A stretch of 64,000 nt of DNA from a candidate division FCPU426 bacterium (lineage in GTDB: Bacteria > Oederibacteriota > Muellerivitia > Muellerivitales > Muellerivitaceae). The stretch's first letter is position 1; every line of letters starts with the position of its first letter. Shown here in pieces: positions 45,057-55,578 of the stretch. The DNA is taken from positions 346-64,345 of the forward strand of contig PLFD01000055.1 in the NCBI GenBank assembly GCA_003136635.1, read 5' to 3'. A program made the position numbers and the translations under genes. The notes beneath the pieces were generated by a model, which was not told the DNA's origin, searched no databases, and saw nothing but the letters and a program-made list of their open reading frames with translations.

Positions 45057-45485
45057 ATGATTAATCCAATTTCTTCGTCGGTTGACCCCATGACCATTTT
45101 GCAGAAGAGTCTTGATGCGCTCTCTATTCAACATGAGGTTATTGCCAACAACCTTGCAAATATTGATACTCCTAATTTCAAGCGTTCGGTTGTATCGTTC
45201 CAAGATAAGTTAAGTATGGCCATCAATGAAACTCCAGATTCGCCTTTGTGGCGGACAAATCCAATGCACATGCCTCTTTCTCCAAAAGCCTTATCTTTGA
45301 ACAATTTTCAGCCTGATATTCGTACAGTTAATGACACGATTGGCCGCAACGACGGCAACAATGTTGATATGGAAATGGAGTCGGGGTTGATGGCTGAAAA
45401 CAATTTACTTTATAACAGTTTGGCGGATGTAACGGGGCGCTATATTGCGAACCTGCGACACGCCATTACCGAAGGGAAGGCGTAA
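45057..45485 (+). CDS. flgB: flagellar basal-body rod protein FlgB
   Basis: NNLANIDTPNFKR motif and its position at the head of the operon. Confidence 0.85.
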   Translation: MINPISSSVDPMTILQKSLDALSIQHEVIANNLANIDTPNFKRSVVSFQDKLSMAINETPDSPLWRTNPMHMPLSPKALSLNNFQPDIRTVNDTIGRNDGNNVDMEMESGLMAENNLLYNSLADVTGRYIANLRHAITEGKA

Positions 45486-45488
45486 TTA

Positions 45489-45944
45489 ATGGGTGCTCTT
45501 TCGGGTGTGTTTGCTCCTTTTGCCATTTCGGCTTCAGCGTTAACAGCTGAACGTCTTCGAATGGATGTCATTTCTAATAACATCGCAAATGCTAATACAA
45601 CTCGGACTGTTGAAGGCGGGCCCTATATTCGTCAACGAGTGGTTTTTTCTCCCCGTTTTGATGCAACTCCAGCTTTTTCATCCTTTATCCCAACAATGAC
45701 TCCGGATGGATTACCGGCTGGCGTGAGAGTTACGGGCATTCAGAAGGATTCGTCACCGGTGAGAATGGTTTATGACCCAGGCCACCCGGACGCCAATGCG
45801 GAGGGGTATGTGGCTTATCCCAATGTGAATGCGGTTAATGAAATGGTTGATTTGATTTCGGCAAGTCGTGCATACGAAGCCAATATCACCGCTTTTAACT
45901 CCACAAAGTCTATGGCAATCGAAGCGTTGTCAATTGGGAAGTAA
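45489..45944 (+). CDS. flgC: flagellar basal-body rod protein FlgC
   Basis: SNNIANANTTRT and the C-terminal SRAYEANI block. Confidence 0.9.
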   Translation: MGALSGVFAPFAISASALTAERLRMDVISNNIANANTTRTVEGGPYIRQRVVFSPRFDATPAFSSFIPTMTPDGLPAGVRVTGIQKDSSPVRMVYDPGHPDANAEGYVAYPNVNAVNEMVDLISASRAYEANITAFNSTKSMAIEALSIGK

Positions 45945-45989
45945 ATTTTTAAAATAAGCAATTAATAACGATTGAAGGGCAATTAAAGT

Positions 45990-46319
45990 ATGGAAATTCA
46001 ACCGATACAAATGCCGATTTCCTTAACACAAAATCCGATTCAGCCAATAGCGCCTATTTCGATATCTAATAACGCGCAAAGCACGTCTGAGGTTTCTGCA
46101 GTTAATTTTAAAGATTTATTGACTAAAGCGATTTCGGATTTGAATACCAGTCAAACTGATGCCAGTGCATCTATTCAAAATTTAGCTACTGGTGGGGCCG
46201 ATAATCTGCACGATGTGATTATTTCCATGGAAAAAGCAGAAATGACTTTGCAGTATGCCATTCAAGTTCGTAACAAAGTAATGGACGCATATCAGTCAGT
46301 TATTCAAATGCAGGTTTAG
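45990..46319 (+). CDS. fliE: flagellar hook-basal body protein FliE
   Basis: C-terminal MEKAEMTLQYAIQVRNKVMDAYQSVIQMQV. Confidence 0.85.
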   Translation: MEIQPIQMPISLTQNPIQPIAPISISNNAQSTSEVSAVNFKDLLTKAISDLNTSQTDASASIQNLATGGADNLHDVIISMEKAEMTLQYAIQVRNKVMDAYQSVIQMQV

Positions 46320-46353
46320 CTTTATATCTTGAATCTCTCTTGATGAGGACATT

Positions 46354-48003
46354 TTGAACGAATTTTTCCAACAAATCATCCAACAGTTTAAAGAAACATG
46401 GGAACGATTTAATTCTACCCAAAAAATTCTTATTGTTGCTATCCCCGCTGTTATTCTCGCGGGTTTACTGGCACTAATCATTGGAACTTCCCATAATCAA
46501 TATGAGGTTCTTTATTCTCGCTTGGATCAAAAAGATGCCGGGGATGTTGCGGCCGAATTAAAAAAGGAAAATATACCTTACAAGGTGTCCAGCAAGGACA
46601 ACTTGATCATGATTATGGTTCCCTCGGAAAAGGTTTATGACACTCGTTTGACTTTGGCGGGCCAAGGATTGCCCAAGGGCAACGGTGTCGGCTATGAAAT
46701 ATTTGATGAACCAAAATGGGGTTCAACCGACTTTACTCAAAAGGTTAATTATAAACGGGCTTTGGAAGGCGAACTTCAGAGGACTATTGGCAGTTTACAA
46801 GAAATAGAGAGTGCCCGGGTAAATATTGTTATTCCTGAGCCGGAGCTTTTTACGGAAAAAGAAAAGCCAACAACAGCTTCTGTGGTTTTGGAGTTAAAAA
46901 CGGACGCTTCTTTAAAAAGAGATCAGGTTCGCGGAATTGTTCATTTGGTGGCTGCCAGCGTAGAAGGGTTAAAGCCTGAAGATGTTAATGTGGTTGATAA
47001 TCGCGGCAACATACTTTCTGGTTTTATCGCTGAAGAACAACAGGAAAATAATCCGGACGCAGTTGATACGGATACGTTAACCCAGCAGGCTAAGTTGACC
47101 TTACATGATATGGAAGTTCAGCAAAGTTATGAAAAGGATTTGGAACACAAAATAACCGATATGTTGAACAAGGTTTTGGGTGGAAACAATCGTTTTGCGG
47201 TGTCGGTTTCGGCTGAACTTAACTTTGATAAAACTGAAAATGATTCTGAAACTTTTGAACCTGTAGTCGATGGACAGGGAATTGTGCGTTCCGCGCAAAC
47301 GAAGAAAGAACAATTTGTGGGCGATGGATCGATGCCGAACACGATTGTGGGCGGTGTTCCGGGAACGGACACTAATATTCCGGGTTATCAAGCTTCTGTA
47401 GCGACCGGCACCAACTCACAATATTCTAAAGAAGAAAATACGACTAATTATGAAATCAATAGAACGGTTAAACATGATGTTGTCGCGCCGGGTTCTCCTA
47501 AAAGAGTTTCGGTGGGTATTTTTGTCGACAATCTTCAACCGCAACAGGTCGAAGCGATTAAGGCGGCTGTGATAGCGGCGGCGGGGTTAGATATAAACAG
47601 AGGAGATCAGGTGGAGGTTCAAAATATGCCATTTGATAATACTCAAGCGTTGGCAAGCCTGAAGGAGACACAAATGGAGACTCAACAAAATCTTTATATG
47701 ACGCTTGGAAAAATAGGATTGTTGGTTTTGATGGCTTTTGCGATTCTCTTGTTCTTGCGTTCGATTTTGAAACCCAAACGTGAAAAGCAGTTTGTAGAAG
47801 AAATAGATGATATTGAAGAACCGCCTATGCCTCAAGTTGAAGATCTCATATCAAATGACATGACCACCGAAGATATAAGCAGGGCTGAAGCAACTATGAA
47901 CGCTAGAAAGCGTGAAATGGTTCGTAAGGAAGTGATGGAAATGGCAAACAAGAATCCTGAAAACATTGCACAAATTATTAAGAAATGGCTTTCTGAGGAG
48001 TAG
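46354..48003 (+). CDS. fliF: flagellar MS-ring protein FliF
   Basis: 549 aa, two TM segments, YscJ/FliF-type ring domains. TTG start. Confidence 0.9.
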   Translation: MNEFFQQIIQQFKETWERFNSTQKILIVAIPAVILAGLLALIIGTSHNQYEVLYSRLDQKDAGDVAAELKKENIPYKVSSKDNLIMIMVPSEKVYDTRLTLAGQGLPKGNGVGYEIFDEPKWGSTDFTQKVNYKRALEGELQRTIGSLQEIESARVNIVIPEPELFTEKEKPTTASVVLELKTDASLKRDQVRGIVHLVAASVEGLKPEDVNVVDNRGNILSGFIAEEQQENNPDAVDTDTLTQQAKLTLHDMEVQQSYEKDLEHKITDMLNKVLGGNNRFAVSVSAELNFDKTENDSETFEPVVDGQGIVRSAQTKKEQFVGDGSMPNTIVGGVPGTDTNIPGYQASVATGTNSQYSKEENTTNYEINRTVKHDVVAPGSPKRVSVGIFVDNLQPQQVEAIKAAVIAAAGLDINRGDQVEVQNMPFDNTQALASLKETQMETQQNLYMTLGKIGLLVLMAFAILLFLRSILKPKREKQFVEEIDDIEEPPMPQVEDLISNDMTTEDISRAEATMNARKREMVRKEVMEMANKNPENIAQIIKKWLSEE

Positions 48004-48009
48004 TTCGTT

Positions 48010-49026
48010 ATGAGTGAACCAAAAAAAACAGCTTTAACCGGTGAACAAAAAGCGGCAGCTCTCCTCATTTCTTTGGGGCCGGAGTTGGCGTCCAAGGTTT
48101 ATCAGCATTTAAAAGAGGACTCGGTTGAGCAGGTCACTCTTCAAATTGCCAATCTTCGCAAGATTTCCCCTGAGGAAAAAGATGCGGTCATGCGAGAAGC
48201 GCTGGATATTTCGGTAGCTCAAGAATACATTTCTCAGGGTGGTGTTGAGTACGCTCATGAATTACTAGAGAAGGCTTTAGGGGCCAATAAGGCCATGGAA
48301 ATCATTAACCGTCTGCAAGGATCCTTGCAGATGACCCCTTTTGATTACATCAAAAGAACTGATCCGCAGCAATTACTTAACTTTATTCAATCTGAACATC
48401 CACAAACTATTGCCTTAATTTTAGCTCACTTGAACCCGGAGAACGCAGCGACTATTTTGGGTGCTCTTCCTTTAGAAGTTCAGGTTGATGTAGCGACTCG
48501 TATTGCCATTTTGGATAGAGCTGCGCCGGACGTAGTGATGGAAATTGAACGGGTGCTAGAACGCCGTATTTCAGCCATCTTTACTCAAGAATTTACAGCT
48601 GCTGGTGGTGTGCGTTCTTTGGCGGAAGTTCTCAATCGCGCCGACCGTTCTACCGAAAAAGCTATTATGGAAAAATTGGAAGAGTCCAATCCTACTTTGG
48701 CGGAGGAAGTCAAGCGCCTCATGTTTGTCTTTGATGACCTTATTGTGTTGGATAACCGAACAGTCCAACAAATATTACGAGAAGTTGATGCAAAAGATCT
48801 GGCTTTGGCTTTGAAGGGAGCAAAAGAAGAAGTGAAAGAGCATTTACTTAAAAATATGTCCAACCGTGCCAGAGCGATGATTATGGAGGATATGGAAGTT
48901 ATGGGTCCTGTTCGTTTGAAGAATGCGGAAGAAGCCCAGCAGAAAATTATCAATGTGGTTCGACAGCTTGAGGAACAGGGCGAAATTGTAGTGGCTCGGG
49001 GCGGCGATGAAGGAGCCATGGTTTAA
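48010..49026 (+). CDS. fliG: flagellar motor switch protein FliG
   Basis: 338 aa with LMFVFDDL and a C-terminal charged helix. Confidence 0.9.
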   Translation: MSEPKKTALTGEQKAAALLISLGPELASKVYQHLKEDSVEQVTLQIANLRKISPEEKDAVMREALDISVAQEYISQGGVEYAHELLEKALGANKAMEIINRLQGSLQMTPFDYIKRTDPQQLLNFIQSEHPQTIALILAHLNPENAATILGALPLEVQVDVATRIAILDRAAPDVVMEIERVLERRISAIFTQEFTAAGGVRSLAEVLNRADRSTEKAIMEKLEESNPTLAEEVKRLMFVFDDLIVLDNRTVQQILREVDAKDLALALKGAKEEVKEHLLKNMSNRARAMIMEDMEVMGPVRLKNAEEAQQKIINVVRQLEEQGEIVVARGGDEGAMV

Positions 49027-49055
49027 TTCGATTAAAATAGGGAGTATGTAAATTA

Positions 49056-49952
49056 ATGGGGCATGAAGTTCTTTCAAGTAAAGATTATGAATATCAGGAT
49101 CAAGGTTACTTGATTGATAATGGACCGTGGCAAGAAACCATAAAAAAAATGGCCCAGCGTTCCAAAACTATTGGATTAGTCAACTCTTGGCCAACCCTTG
49201 GTGTGGATGAATTTAAGCCCGATTTTTTACCGGAAAATTCTGACGCTAGTGGAGTTGAGGGCCTATCAACTATAGGTGTTTTACCCGATGTGATTGCGGA
49301 TGCAGAAGAAAAGGCTAGAACAATAGAGCAAAATGCCAGGAAAAGTGCTTATGAAGTGGTGGAAAAATCGCGGTGGGAAGCGGATAAGATTTTAAGTGTT
49401 GCTCGCGAAGAGGCTGAAAATGAATCCAGCGTCATTCGTGAAACGGCCAGGGTACAGGGATATAAAGAAGGTTTTGATCAGGGTAAGCCAGAGGGATTTA
49501 GTCAAGGTGTGGCTGATGGAAAAAATTCTTATTCCGAGTTGATAAAAAACTTTAATGGACTTATGGACAGTTTGACAGCAGAACGTAAGACTTTGGTTGG
49601 TGATTTACAGCCTTTGTTGGTGGAATTGGTAGGCGAAGCGCTTAAAAAGTGTCTTAACAAACAAGCGAAAAAGGGCAAGCTGGTGGCTAATCTTGTTCAT
49701 GAAGCGCTATTGAAAGCCCAAGATCGAGTTCATTTGAAACTTCATTTGAACCCAGATGATATAAATGAAATTGAAGCTCACAGAAACGAACTTCAATTGA
49801 CAGTGGGCGCAGGGGAAATGGAACTAATTGCGGATGCTCGCATTGAGCGAGGTGGGTGCTTGCTTGATACAGAAGGCGGCACAGTTGATGTCCGGTTGAA
49901 CACGGTGGTTGATCAAGTAAAAGAGTCTTTGACATCTGAAATGAAGAAATAG
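49056..49952 (+). CDS. fliH: flagellar assembly protein FliH
   Basis: Central coiled coil, C-terminal ERGGCLLDTEGGTVDVRL block, position before fliI. Confidence 0.75.
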   Translation: MGHEVLSSKDYEYQDQGYLIDNGPWQETIKKMAQRSKTIGLVNSWPTLGVDEFKPDFLPENSDASGVEGLSTIGVLPDVIADAEEKARTIEQNARKSAYEVVEKSRWEADKILSVAREEAENESSVIRETARVQGYKEGFDQGKPEGFSQGVADGKNSYSELIKNFNGLMDSLTAERKTLVGDLQPLLVELVGEALKKCLNKQAKKGKLVANLVHEALLKAQDRVHLKLHLNPDDINEIEAHRNELQLTVGAGEMELIADARIERGGCLLDTEGGTVDVRLNTVVDQVKESLTSEMKK

Positions 49953-49975
49953 TGTCTAATAATTAAGGGGAAAAT

Positions 49976-51316
49976 ATGAATCCGCTGTTGAACGATATCA
50001 TTCCCCCGTTAGATAACTTGAAGAAGAGTCTGGAAAAAGCCGATTTAACTAGAGTTAACGGCAGGGTAGAACAAATTGTAGGTCTAGTGATTGAGTCGAC
50101 GGGACCTTCTGCGTCAGTAGGCGAAGCTTGTTGGATTACACCTATAAACGGTAGCGGAATACCAATTTTGGCCGAGGTAGTGGGTTTTAGACAAAATCGT
50201 GTGTTATTGATGCCCTTGGGTGATATGCGGGGTTTAGGGCCTGGCAGTGAAGTTGTTAAAACGGGAGAGTCTTTTAAAATTCTTGTAGGTGATGCTCTTT
50301 TGGGCAGGGTTATTGATGGTATGGGGATGCCCTTAGATGGAAAAGGCCCGTTGGGTTCTTTAAGTCAAAGTTACTTTATTCATCGCGATCCTCCTCCTGC
50401 GATGGAAAGGCGAAGGATTTCGTCGCCTGTAGCGACGGGTGTTCGGGCCATTGACGCATTGTTGACTTTAGGTGAAGGGCAGCGACTTGGAATATTTTCT
50501 GGGTCGGGTGTAGGAAAAAGTACCTTGCTGGGGATGATTGCTTGTAATACCGAGGCGGACATTAACGTGATCGCTTTGGTGGGTGAACGCGGCAGGGAAG
50601 TTCGAGACTTTTTAGAGAGGGATTTAGGGGAGAAAGGGCTGACTCGTAGCGTGGTGGTAGTGGCTACTTCGGATCAACCTTCTCTCATCCGTATCCAAGC
50701 AGCCTTAGTGGCGACGACGGTTGCGGAGTATTTTCGTGATCAAGGTAAGCGGGTAATGTTGATGATGGATTCCGTCACCCGTTTTGCGATGGCGCAAAGG
50801 GAAGTGGGCTTGGCGATTGGTGAACCGCCCACAACAAAAGGGTACACACCTTCGGTTTTTGCCCTGTTGCCTAAAATTTTAGAAAGGGCAGGGACAGCGT
50901 CTCACAAAGGAAGTATTACTGGTATTTACACCATTTTGGTGGAAGCGGATGATATGAATGAACCGGTTGCTGACGCATGTCGCTCTATTTTGGATGGGCA
51001 TGTGGTTTTGTCGAGGGATTTGGCAGCGCAGAATCATTATCCCGCCATTGATGTTTTGAATAGTGTTTCTCGAGTGATGCGGGATATTGTGAAGCCGGAA
51101 CAACTTCAGGAGGCCGGTAATATCCGGTCCATGTTGGCGACTTATAAAAGTGTTGAGGATTTAATCGCTATTGGGGCTTATGTAAAGGGGAGTAATCCGA
51201 AAGTCGATCAGGCTGTGATGAAGATGGACGCAATACAAGGTTTTTTGAAGCAATCCCGGGGGGATTTGGCGCCTTGGGTTGATACGATGGAAAAAATGAA
51301 GTTTTTTTTGGGTTAG
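49976..51316 (+). CDS. fliI: flagellum-specific ATPase FliI
   Basis: Walker A GSGVGKST and Walker B-type MLMMDS. F1-ATPase-like. Confidence 0.9.
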   Translation: MNPLLNDIIPPLDNLKKSLEKADLTRVNGRVEQIVGLVIESTGPSASVGEACWITPINGSGIPILAEVVGFRQNRVLLMPLGDMRGLGPGSEVVKTGESFKILVGDALLGRVIDGMGMPLDGKGPLGSLSQSYFIHRDPPPAMERRRISSPVATGVRAIDALLTLGEGQRLGIFSGSGVGKSTLLGMIACNTEADINVIALVGERGREVRDFLERDLGEKGLTRSVVVVATSDQPSLIRIQAALVATTVAEYFRDQGKRVMLMMDSVTRFAMAQREVGLAIGEPPTTKGYTPSVFALLPKILERAGTASHKGSITGIYTILVEADDMNEPVADACRSILDGHVVLSRDLAAQNHYPAIDVLNSVSRVMRDIVKPEQLQEAGNIRSMLATYKSVEDLIAIGAYVKGSNPKVDQAVMKMDAIQGFLKQSRGDLAPWVDTMEKMKFFLG

Positions 51317-51799
51317 GTGGTTATGGCGAAACGGTTTCAATTTCGACTAGAGCAAGTTTTAAACCTGCGAAAACAGGTAGAAGAAGTAAAGGTTCGCGAA
51401 TTGGCCGTGGCTAAAATGCATCTTTTGGAAGTTGAGCGTGTTTTGAACGAACATCTTGAGAAGCAGGTTGAGTTTTTAAATGCTTACGGTGAACTTGAAA
51501 AAGATGGTTTTTTTACCGCCGAGCAAGTTATGACATATTGCGATTACAAAGAAGTGTTGTCGAAAAAAGAAAATGAATTTCGGGAACGGCAAAGCGATTG
51601 GATGCTTGAAGTAGAACGGCGGCGCAGAGAAGTCGTGAAAGTCAGTCGGCAGCGGCGACTTTTGGATAATTTGAAAGATAAAAAAAAGAGTGCTCATTCT
51701 CTGGAAGTTCAAAATGATGAACAGAAGTTTTTGGATGAAGTTTCCTCTATCGCGTTTGTGAGGCGAGAGAGGGCGAAAAGGTCGGCTTTGTTGAGTTGA
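51317..51799 (+). CDS. fliJ: flagellar export chaperone FliJ
   Basis: FQFRLEQVLNLRK start, all-helical ~155 aa, position after fliI. The start may be ATG 51323. Confidence 0.7.
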   Translation: MVMAKRFQFRLEQVLNLRKQVEEVKVRELAVAKMHLLEVERVLNEHLEKQVEFLNAYGELEKDGFFTAEQVMTYCDYKEVLSKKENEFRERQSDWMLEVERRRREVVKVSRQRRLLDNLKDKKKSAHSLEVQNDEQKFLDEVSSIAFVRRERAKRSALLS

Positions 51800-51868
51800 T
51801 GTGAAAAATTAGAATTTTGCTTGATGCCTTCAGGTTTTTAACCTGATGGAAAATGAGGGAGGTTTATC

Positions 51869-52678
51869 GTGGATATAGCAACAGTCGTTGGTTTGGTCCT
51901 AGGTATTTTCGGCGTGTTTGGTGGTGCGGTCATGGACGGCCTTAATGTTGGGCGTTTATTTCAGCTTCCGGCTTTCATGATTATCGCTTTTGGAACTGCT
52001 GGCGCTACAATGATGAGCTTTTCCTTTGATACGGTTAAAGAAGTTATTCCAGTTTTGAAAAAAGCTTTTAAACGTCAGGAATTAGACGCGGCCACTATCG
52101 TGACGCAATTGGTTAACTTTGCCACTAAGGCTCGTCGTGAAGGTCTTTTGGGTTTGGAAAGTGAAGCGGAATCGACTACGGACCCATTTTTGAAAAAAGG
52201 ATTGCAATTGGTTGTTGATGGCACGGACGGTGAAATGATTCGTAATATCATGGAAACGGACATCGCCTTTTTGGAATCGCGTCATAAAACAGGTGAAGGT
52301 TTGTTTGGGACGTTTGGCGGTTTTGCGCCAACGCTAGGTATCATCGGTACTGTCTTGGGTCTTGTCCATGCTCTGGGTGCATTCGGTGAAGGCGCCGCGG
52401 ACGCTAATATTCTCGTTGGTGCTATCGCAACGGCCTTTATCGCTACCTTTTATGGTATTTCGTTTGCTAACTTATTTTTCTTGCCGATTTCTTTTAAACT
52501 CAAAGCTAATAGCCAGCAAGAAGTTCTCATGAGAGAAGTGATGTTGGAAGGAATATTAGCTATTTCTGCGGGTGACAATCCTCGTATTGTTGAAGAAAAA
52601 CTAAAAGCTTTCTTGCCTCCCAAGGTAAAGGTGTTGATGGAAGCTCAAAAAGCCCAAAGTGGGGCGAAAGAAGAATAG
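51869..52678 (+). CDS. motA: flagellar stator protein MotA
   Basis: Four-TM MotA/TolQ/ExbB family, ending in the FYGISFANLFFLPI plug/TM3-4 block. GTG start. Confidence 0.9.
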   Translation: MDIATVVGLVLGIFGVFGGAVMDGLNVGRLFQLPAFMIIAFGTAGATMMSFSFDTVKEVIPVLKKAFKRQELDAATIVTQLVNFATKARREGLLGLESEAESTTDPFLKKGLQLVVDGTDGEMIRNIMETDIAFLESRHKTGEGLFGTFGGFAPTLGIIGTVLGLVHALGAFGEGAADANILVGAIATAFIATFYGISFANLFFLPISFKLKANSQQEVLMREVMLEGILAISAGDNPRIVEEKLKAFLPPKVKVLMEAQKAQSGAKEE

Positions 52679-52717
52679 TAAATCTAAAGATTGATAGAGA
52701 TTTATTAGGAGATTTGA

Positions 52718-53491
52718 ATGCCAAAACGTAAAAAGGGCGGAGGCGAGAGCATGGAGATGGAATCCGGCGGCGGAATGCGCTGGCTCTTGACCTATGCTGA
52801 CTTGATTACGCTCTTACTGGCCCTTTTTGTTATTCTTTTTGCTATGGCGTCGAGTAATCCAGTGCAAAAAATTGCAATCATGGCGCAGTTTAGACGTGTT
52901 TTCGGTCCGATTGAGGGTAGTCCGGCTCTTTTGACGGCACAAGGAGCTAACAACGGGGATCATTACAAAATTATTCCTGGAGAACCGGAAGAAGGCGGCC
53001 CCGGAGGTCCAAAAAAACCAACAGCCCCATCTGAAAAGGGTAAAAATATTGAAGGTGAATTAAGACAAAAGTTACAGTTTCAGATTGGGGCCAATAAGGT
53101 TTCGATTCGAAAAGAAGCCCGTGGTTTAGTGATAAGTCTTTTAACGGATAAGGTTCTTTTTGATTTAGGGGATACGAGATTGAAGCCGGAAATGAAAGGT
53201 GTTTTAAACAATATTGCTGAAGTGTTGCAACACCATCCGGATAAGCAAATCGCGGTGGAAGGTCATACAGATGATTTGGCGATTCAGTCGGCGAAAGTGC
53301 CCAGCAATTGGGAGCTTTCTGCCTTAAGGGCGACGTCCGTGGTAAAGTATTTTGTGACGAATGAGGGGATGGATCCGAGCCGTTTTTCTGCGGCAGGTTA
53401 TGCGGAGTACCAACCTTTGGTGCCCAATATCAGTGAAGCGAACCGACGGATTAATCGTCGGGTCGACATAATCATTCTGAAGTTAGATTAA
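52718..53491 (+). CDS. motB: flagellar stator protein MotB
   Basis: WLLTYADLITLLLALFVILF TM with the conserved Asp. C-terminal OmpA-like domain (NWELSALRA, NRRVDI). Confidence 0.9.
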   Translation: MPKRKKGGGESMEMESGGGMRWLLTYADLITLLLALFVILFAMASSNPVQKIAIMAQFRRVFGPIEGSPALLTAQGANNGDHYKIIPGEPEEGGPGGPKKPTAPSEKGKNIEGELRQKLQFQIGANKVSIRKEARGLVISLLTDKVLFDLGDTRLKPEMKGVLNNIAEVLQHHPDKQIAVEGHTDDLAIQSAKVPSNWELSALRATSVVKYFVTNEGMDPSRFSAAGYAEYQPLVPNISEANRRINRRVDIIILKLD

Positions 53492-53507
53492 TTTTTAGGA
53501 GGATGTA

Positions 53508-53981
53508 ATGGCAGAGCAAAATGATAAGGGTGCAAAAGGATTATTGAATACGGTGCTGATTCTGTGTCTTGTAAGCCTATTAGGAATCATCGGCTTAGGG
53601 GTCGGTATGTATGCTCTTTGGGCATCCAAAACAGAACCTAAAGAAACCAAGGTTATTGAACAAAAACCCGAACCAGGGAAAATTTATGACATGGGAACGT
53701 TCATTGTTAATTTGGCGGATGAAGAAGTTTCGCGTTATGTTCGAGCACAGATTGAATTGGAATATAGTAAGGTTAACATTCAATTAGATGGCGAAATTAA
53801 AGAACGTGATCCTCAAATTAAGGATCTGATTAACACTTTATTGAATGACCGTAAGTCGGCAGAACTTTCTACATCGGAAGGTAAAGAACGGTTCCGCCGA
53901 GAATTGCAATTAAAAATTAATCAGATACTCAAATATGGAGCTGTCACTAATATTTATCTCACTCAGTTCGCAATTCAGTGA
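53508..53981 (+). CDS. fliL: flagellar basal body-associated protein FliL
   Basis: Single TM segment and the FIVNLADEEVSRYVRAQIELE block. Confidence 0.85.
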   Translation: MAEQNDKGAKGLLNTVLILCLVSLLGIIGLGVGMYALWASKTEPKETKVIEQKPEPGKIYDMGTFIVNLADEEVSRYVRAQIELEYSKVNIQLDGEIKERDPQIKDLINTLLNDRKSAELSTSEGKERFRRELQLKINQILKYGAVTNIYLTQFAIQ

Positions 53982-54014
53982 TTTTGATTTTAGAAAAAGA
54001 AAGGAGGGGCAAAA

Positions 54015-55067
54015 ATGGATGATTTACTATCAGACAATGAGGTAAGCGCTCTACTTTCGGAATTGGACATGGGTGATGTTGGAGGAGATGTCGCTCCCGT
54101 GGCGAGTAGTATGCATGATGAAGCCTCGTCATCGAAAATCACGACAGCTCCTGAAGTTGGTTCGATTGTGGATGAAAAGGGCCGTAAGATTAAAAAATAC
54201 GACTTTAACCGACCCAATCGTTTTTCCAAGGATCATATGAAGACCTTGGAGATGCTTCATGAAATTTTCTCTCGCAGTTTTACGGCTTCTATTGCGGCTT
54301 ATCTAAGAACAGTGGCAGAAATTAAAGTTGTATCTGTTACACAACTTCCGTTTTATGAATACACTATGTCGCTTCCGCGTCCTGATTGTATTTTTACTTT
54401 TAAGATGGAACCTTTAGAAGGTTCGATGATCTTAGAGATTAATCCTGAATTGGTTTTGACTTTGGTGGATCGTATATTAGGAGGTCCAGGAAAAGCGCCA
54501 CCGGCGTCCCGAGAACTTACGTTAATTGAACAATCGATTATTGAAAAAATTATCAATAGAGGTTTGGAAAATCTTCAAGAAGCTTGGCTTAAAGTCGGTC
54601 ATTTTCAGCCCAAGATTACAGGTTACGAAACAACCGCCCAATTCGTTCAAGTGGTGGCACCCAGTGAAATTTCGGCGGCCATTGAGTTTGAAGTTAAGGT
54701 TAATGATGTGACTGGAAAAATGTCGATGTGTATCCCTTATGTTGTTTTGGAACCAATCATCACTGATTTGTCGGCCCAAAAGTGGTTTACGGTTGGTAAA
54801 AAAGAATCAACGCCTGAAACGGTTGATAGTTTGACCAAAGTCATGAAAGAAACAGTGGTTCCTTTCGTAGCTAAGGTTGGGCAGACTCAAATTACGGTTC
54901 GAGATATGTTGAAACTTTCTGTCGGGGATGTGGTTCGTTTGAATTCCAGTCCCAATAACGAAATTGAAGTTTTGATTGAAGGATTGGTAAAATTGATGGG
55001 GCGTCCTGGCGTTTCTTCAAAGAAAAAGGCAATGCAAATTACACGCATTGTTACGAAAAACGCTTGA
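54015..55067 (+). CDS. fliM: flagellar motor switch protein FliM
   Basis: N-terminal LSDNEVSALL CheY-P binding peptide. 350 aa. Confidence 0.9.
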   Translation: MDDLLSDNEVSALLSELDMGDVGGDVAPVASSMHDEASSSKITTAPEVGSIVDEKGRKIKKYDFNRPNRFSKDHMKTLEMLHEIFSRSFTASIAAYLRTVAEIKVVSVTQLPFYEYTMSLPRPDCIFTFKMEPLEGSMILEINPELVLTLVDRILGGPGKAPPASRELTLIEQSIIEKIINRGLENLQEAWLKVGHFQPKITGYETTAQFVQVVAPSEISAAIEFEVKVNDVTGKMSMCIPYVVLEPIITDLSAQKWFTVGKKESTPETVDSLTKVMKETVVPFVAKVGQTQITVRDMLKLSVGDVVRLNSSPNNEIEVLIEGLVKLMGRPGVSSKKKAMQITRIVTKNA

Positions 55068-55259
55068 AATCTTTTTTTAGAGCCATTGCTGATATGGTTA
55101 AATTGAAAGTTTTGAGATCGAGTAGCAATGGGGTTTTTAGAAACTAGTAGTTTTTTTGTAGTGCATGTTGAATTGTCCATGTGGGTAATTCTTCAATCGG
55201 TGATGTTGAAAAAATGTATTTTTACAATAAATACTCAAAAGTACGCGGGAGGTGTTGGT

Positions 55260-55550
55260 ATGTCTCAAATGGATAACGAATCACATGGTGGAAACATAAG
55301 TCTCTTGTTGGATGTCCCTCTGAAGCTTACGGTTGAATTGGGCCGTACAACTCGTACAGTGAAAGAGATTTTGGCTTTGGCTCCTGGTTCGGTCGTTGAG
55401 CTGGATAAACTTTCTGGTGAAGCAGTGGATATTTTAGTTAACGAAAAATTGATTGCTAAAGGTGAGGTTGTGGTCATTGACGAAAATTTCGGTGTCCGTA
55501 TTACGGAAATTCTCGATCCAGATGTACGTTTGACCGCGGTACAAGGTTAA
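55260..55550 (+). CDS. fliN: flagellar motor switch protein FliN
   Basis: SpoA domain [16 protein letters not shown]...[17 protein letters not shown]. Start at ATG 55260 behind GGGAGG; the 44-codon upstream extension is rejected. Confidence 0.9.
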   Translation: MSQMDNESHGGNISLLLDVPLKLTVELGRTTRTVKEILALAPGSVVELDKLSGEAVDILVNEKLIAKGEVVVIDENFGVRITEILDPDVRLTAVQG

Positions 55551-55578
55551 CAGGCCCAAAAAGAAGGGCTTAAGCCTC

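Noticed and set aside
44889-45203. 104-aa minus-strand ORF over the flgB promoter and flgB start
   Set aside because: It overlaps flgB antisense and the candidate promoter, and no homology is recognised.
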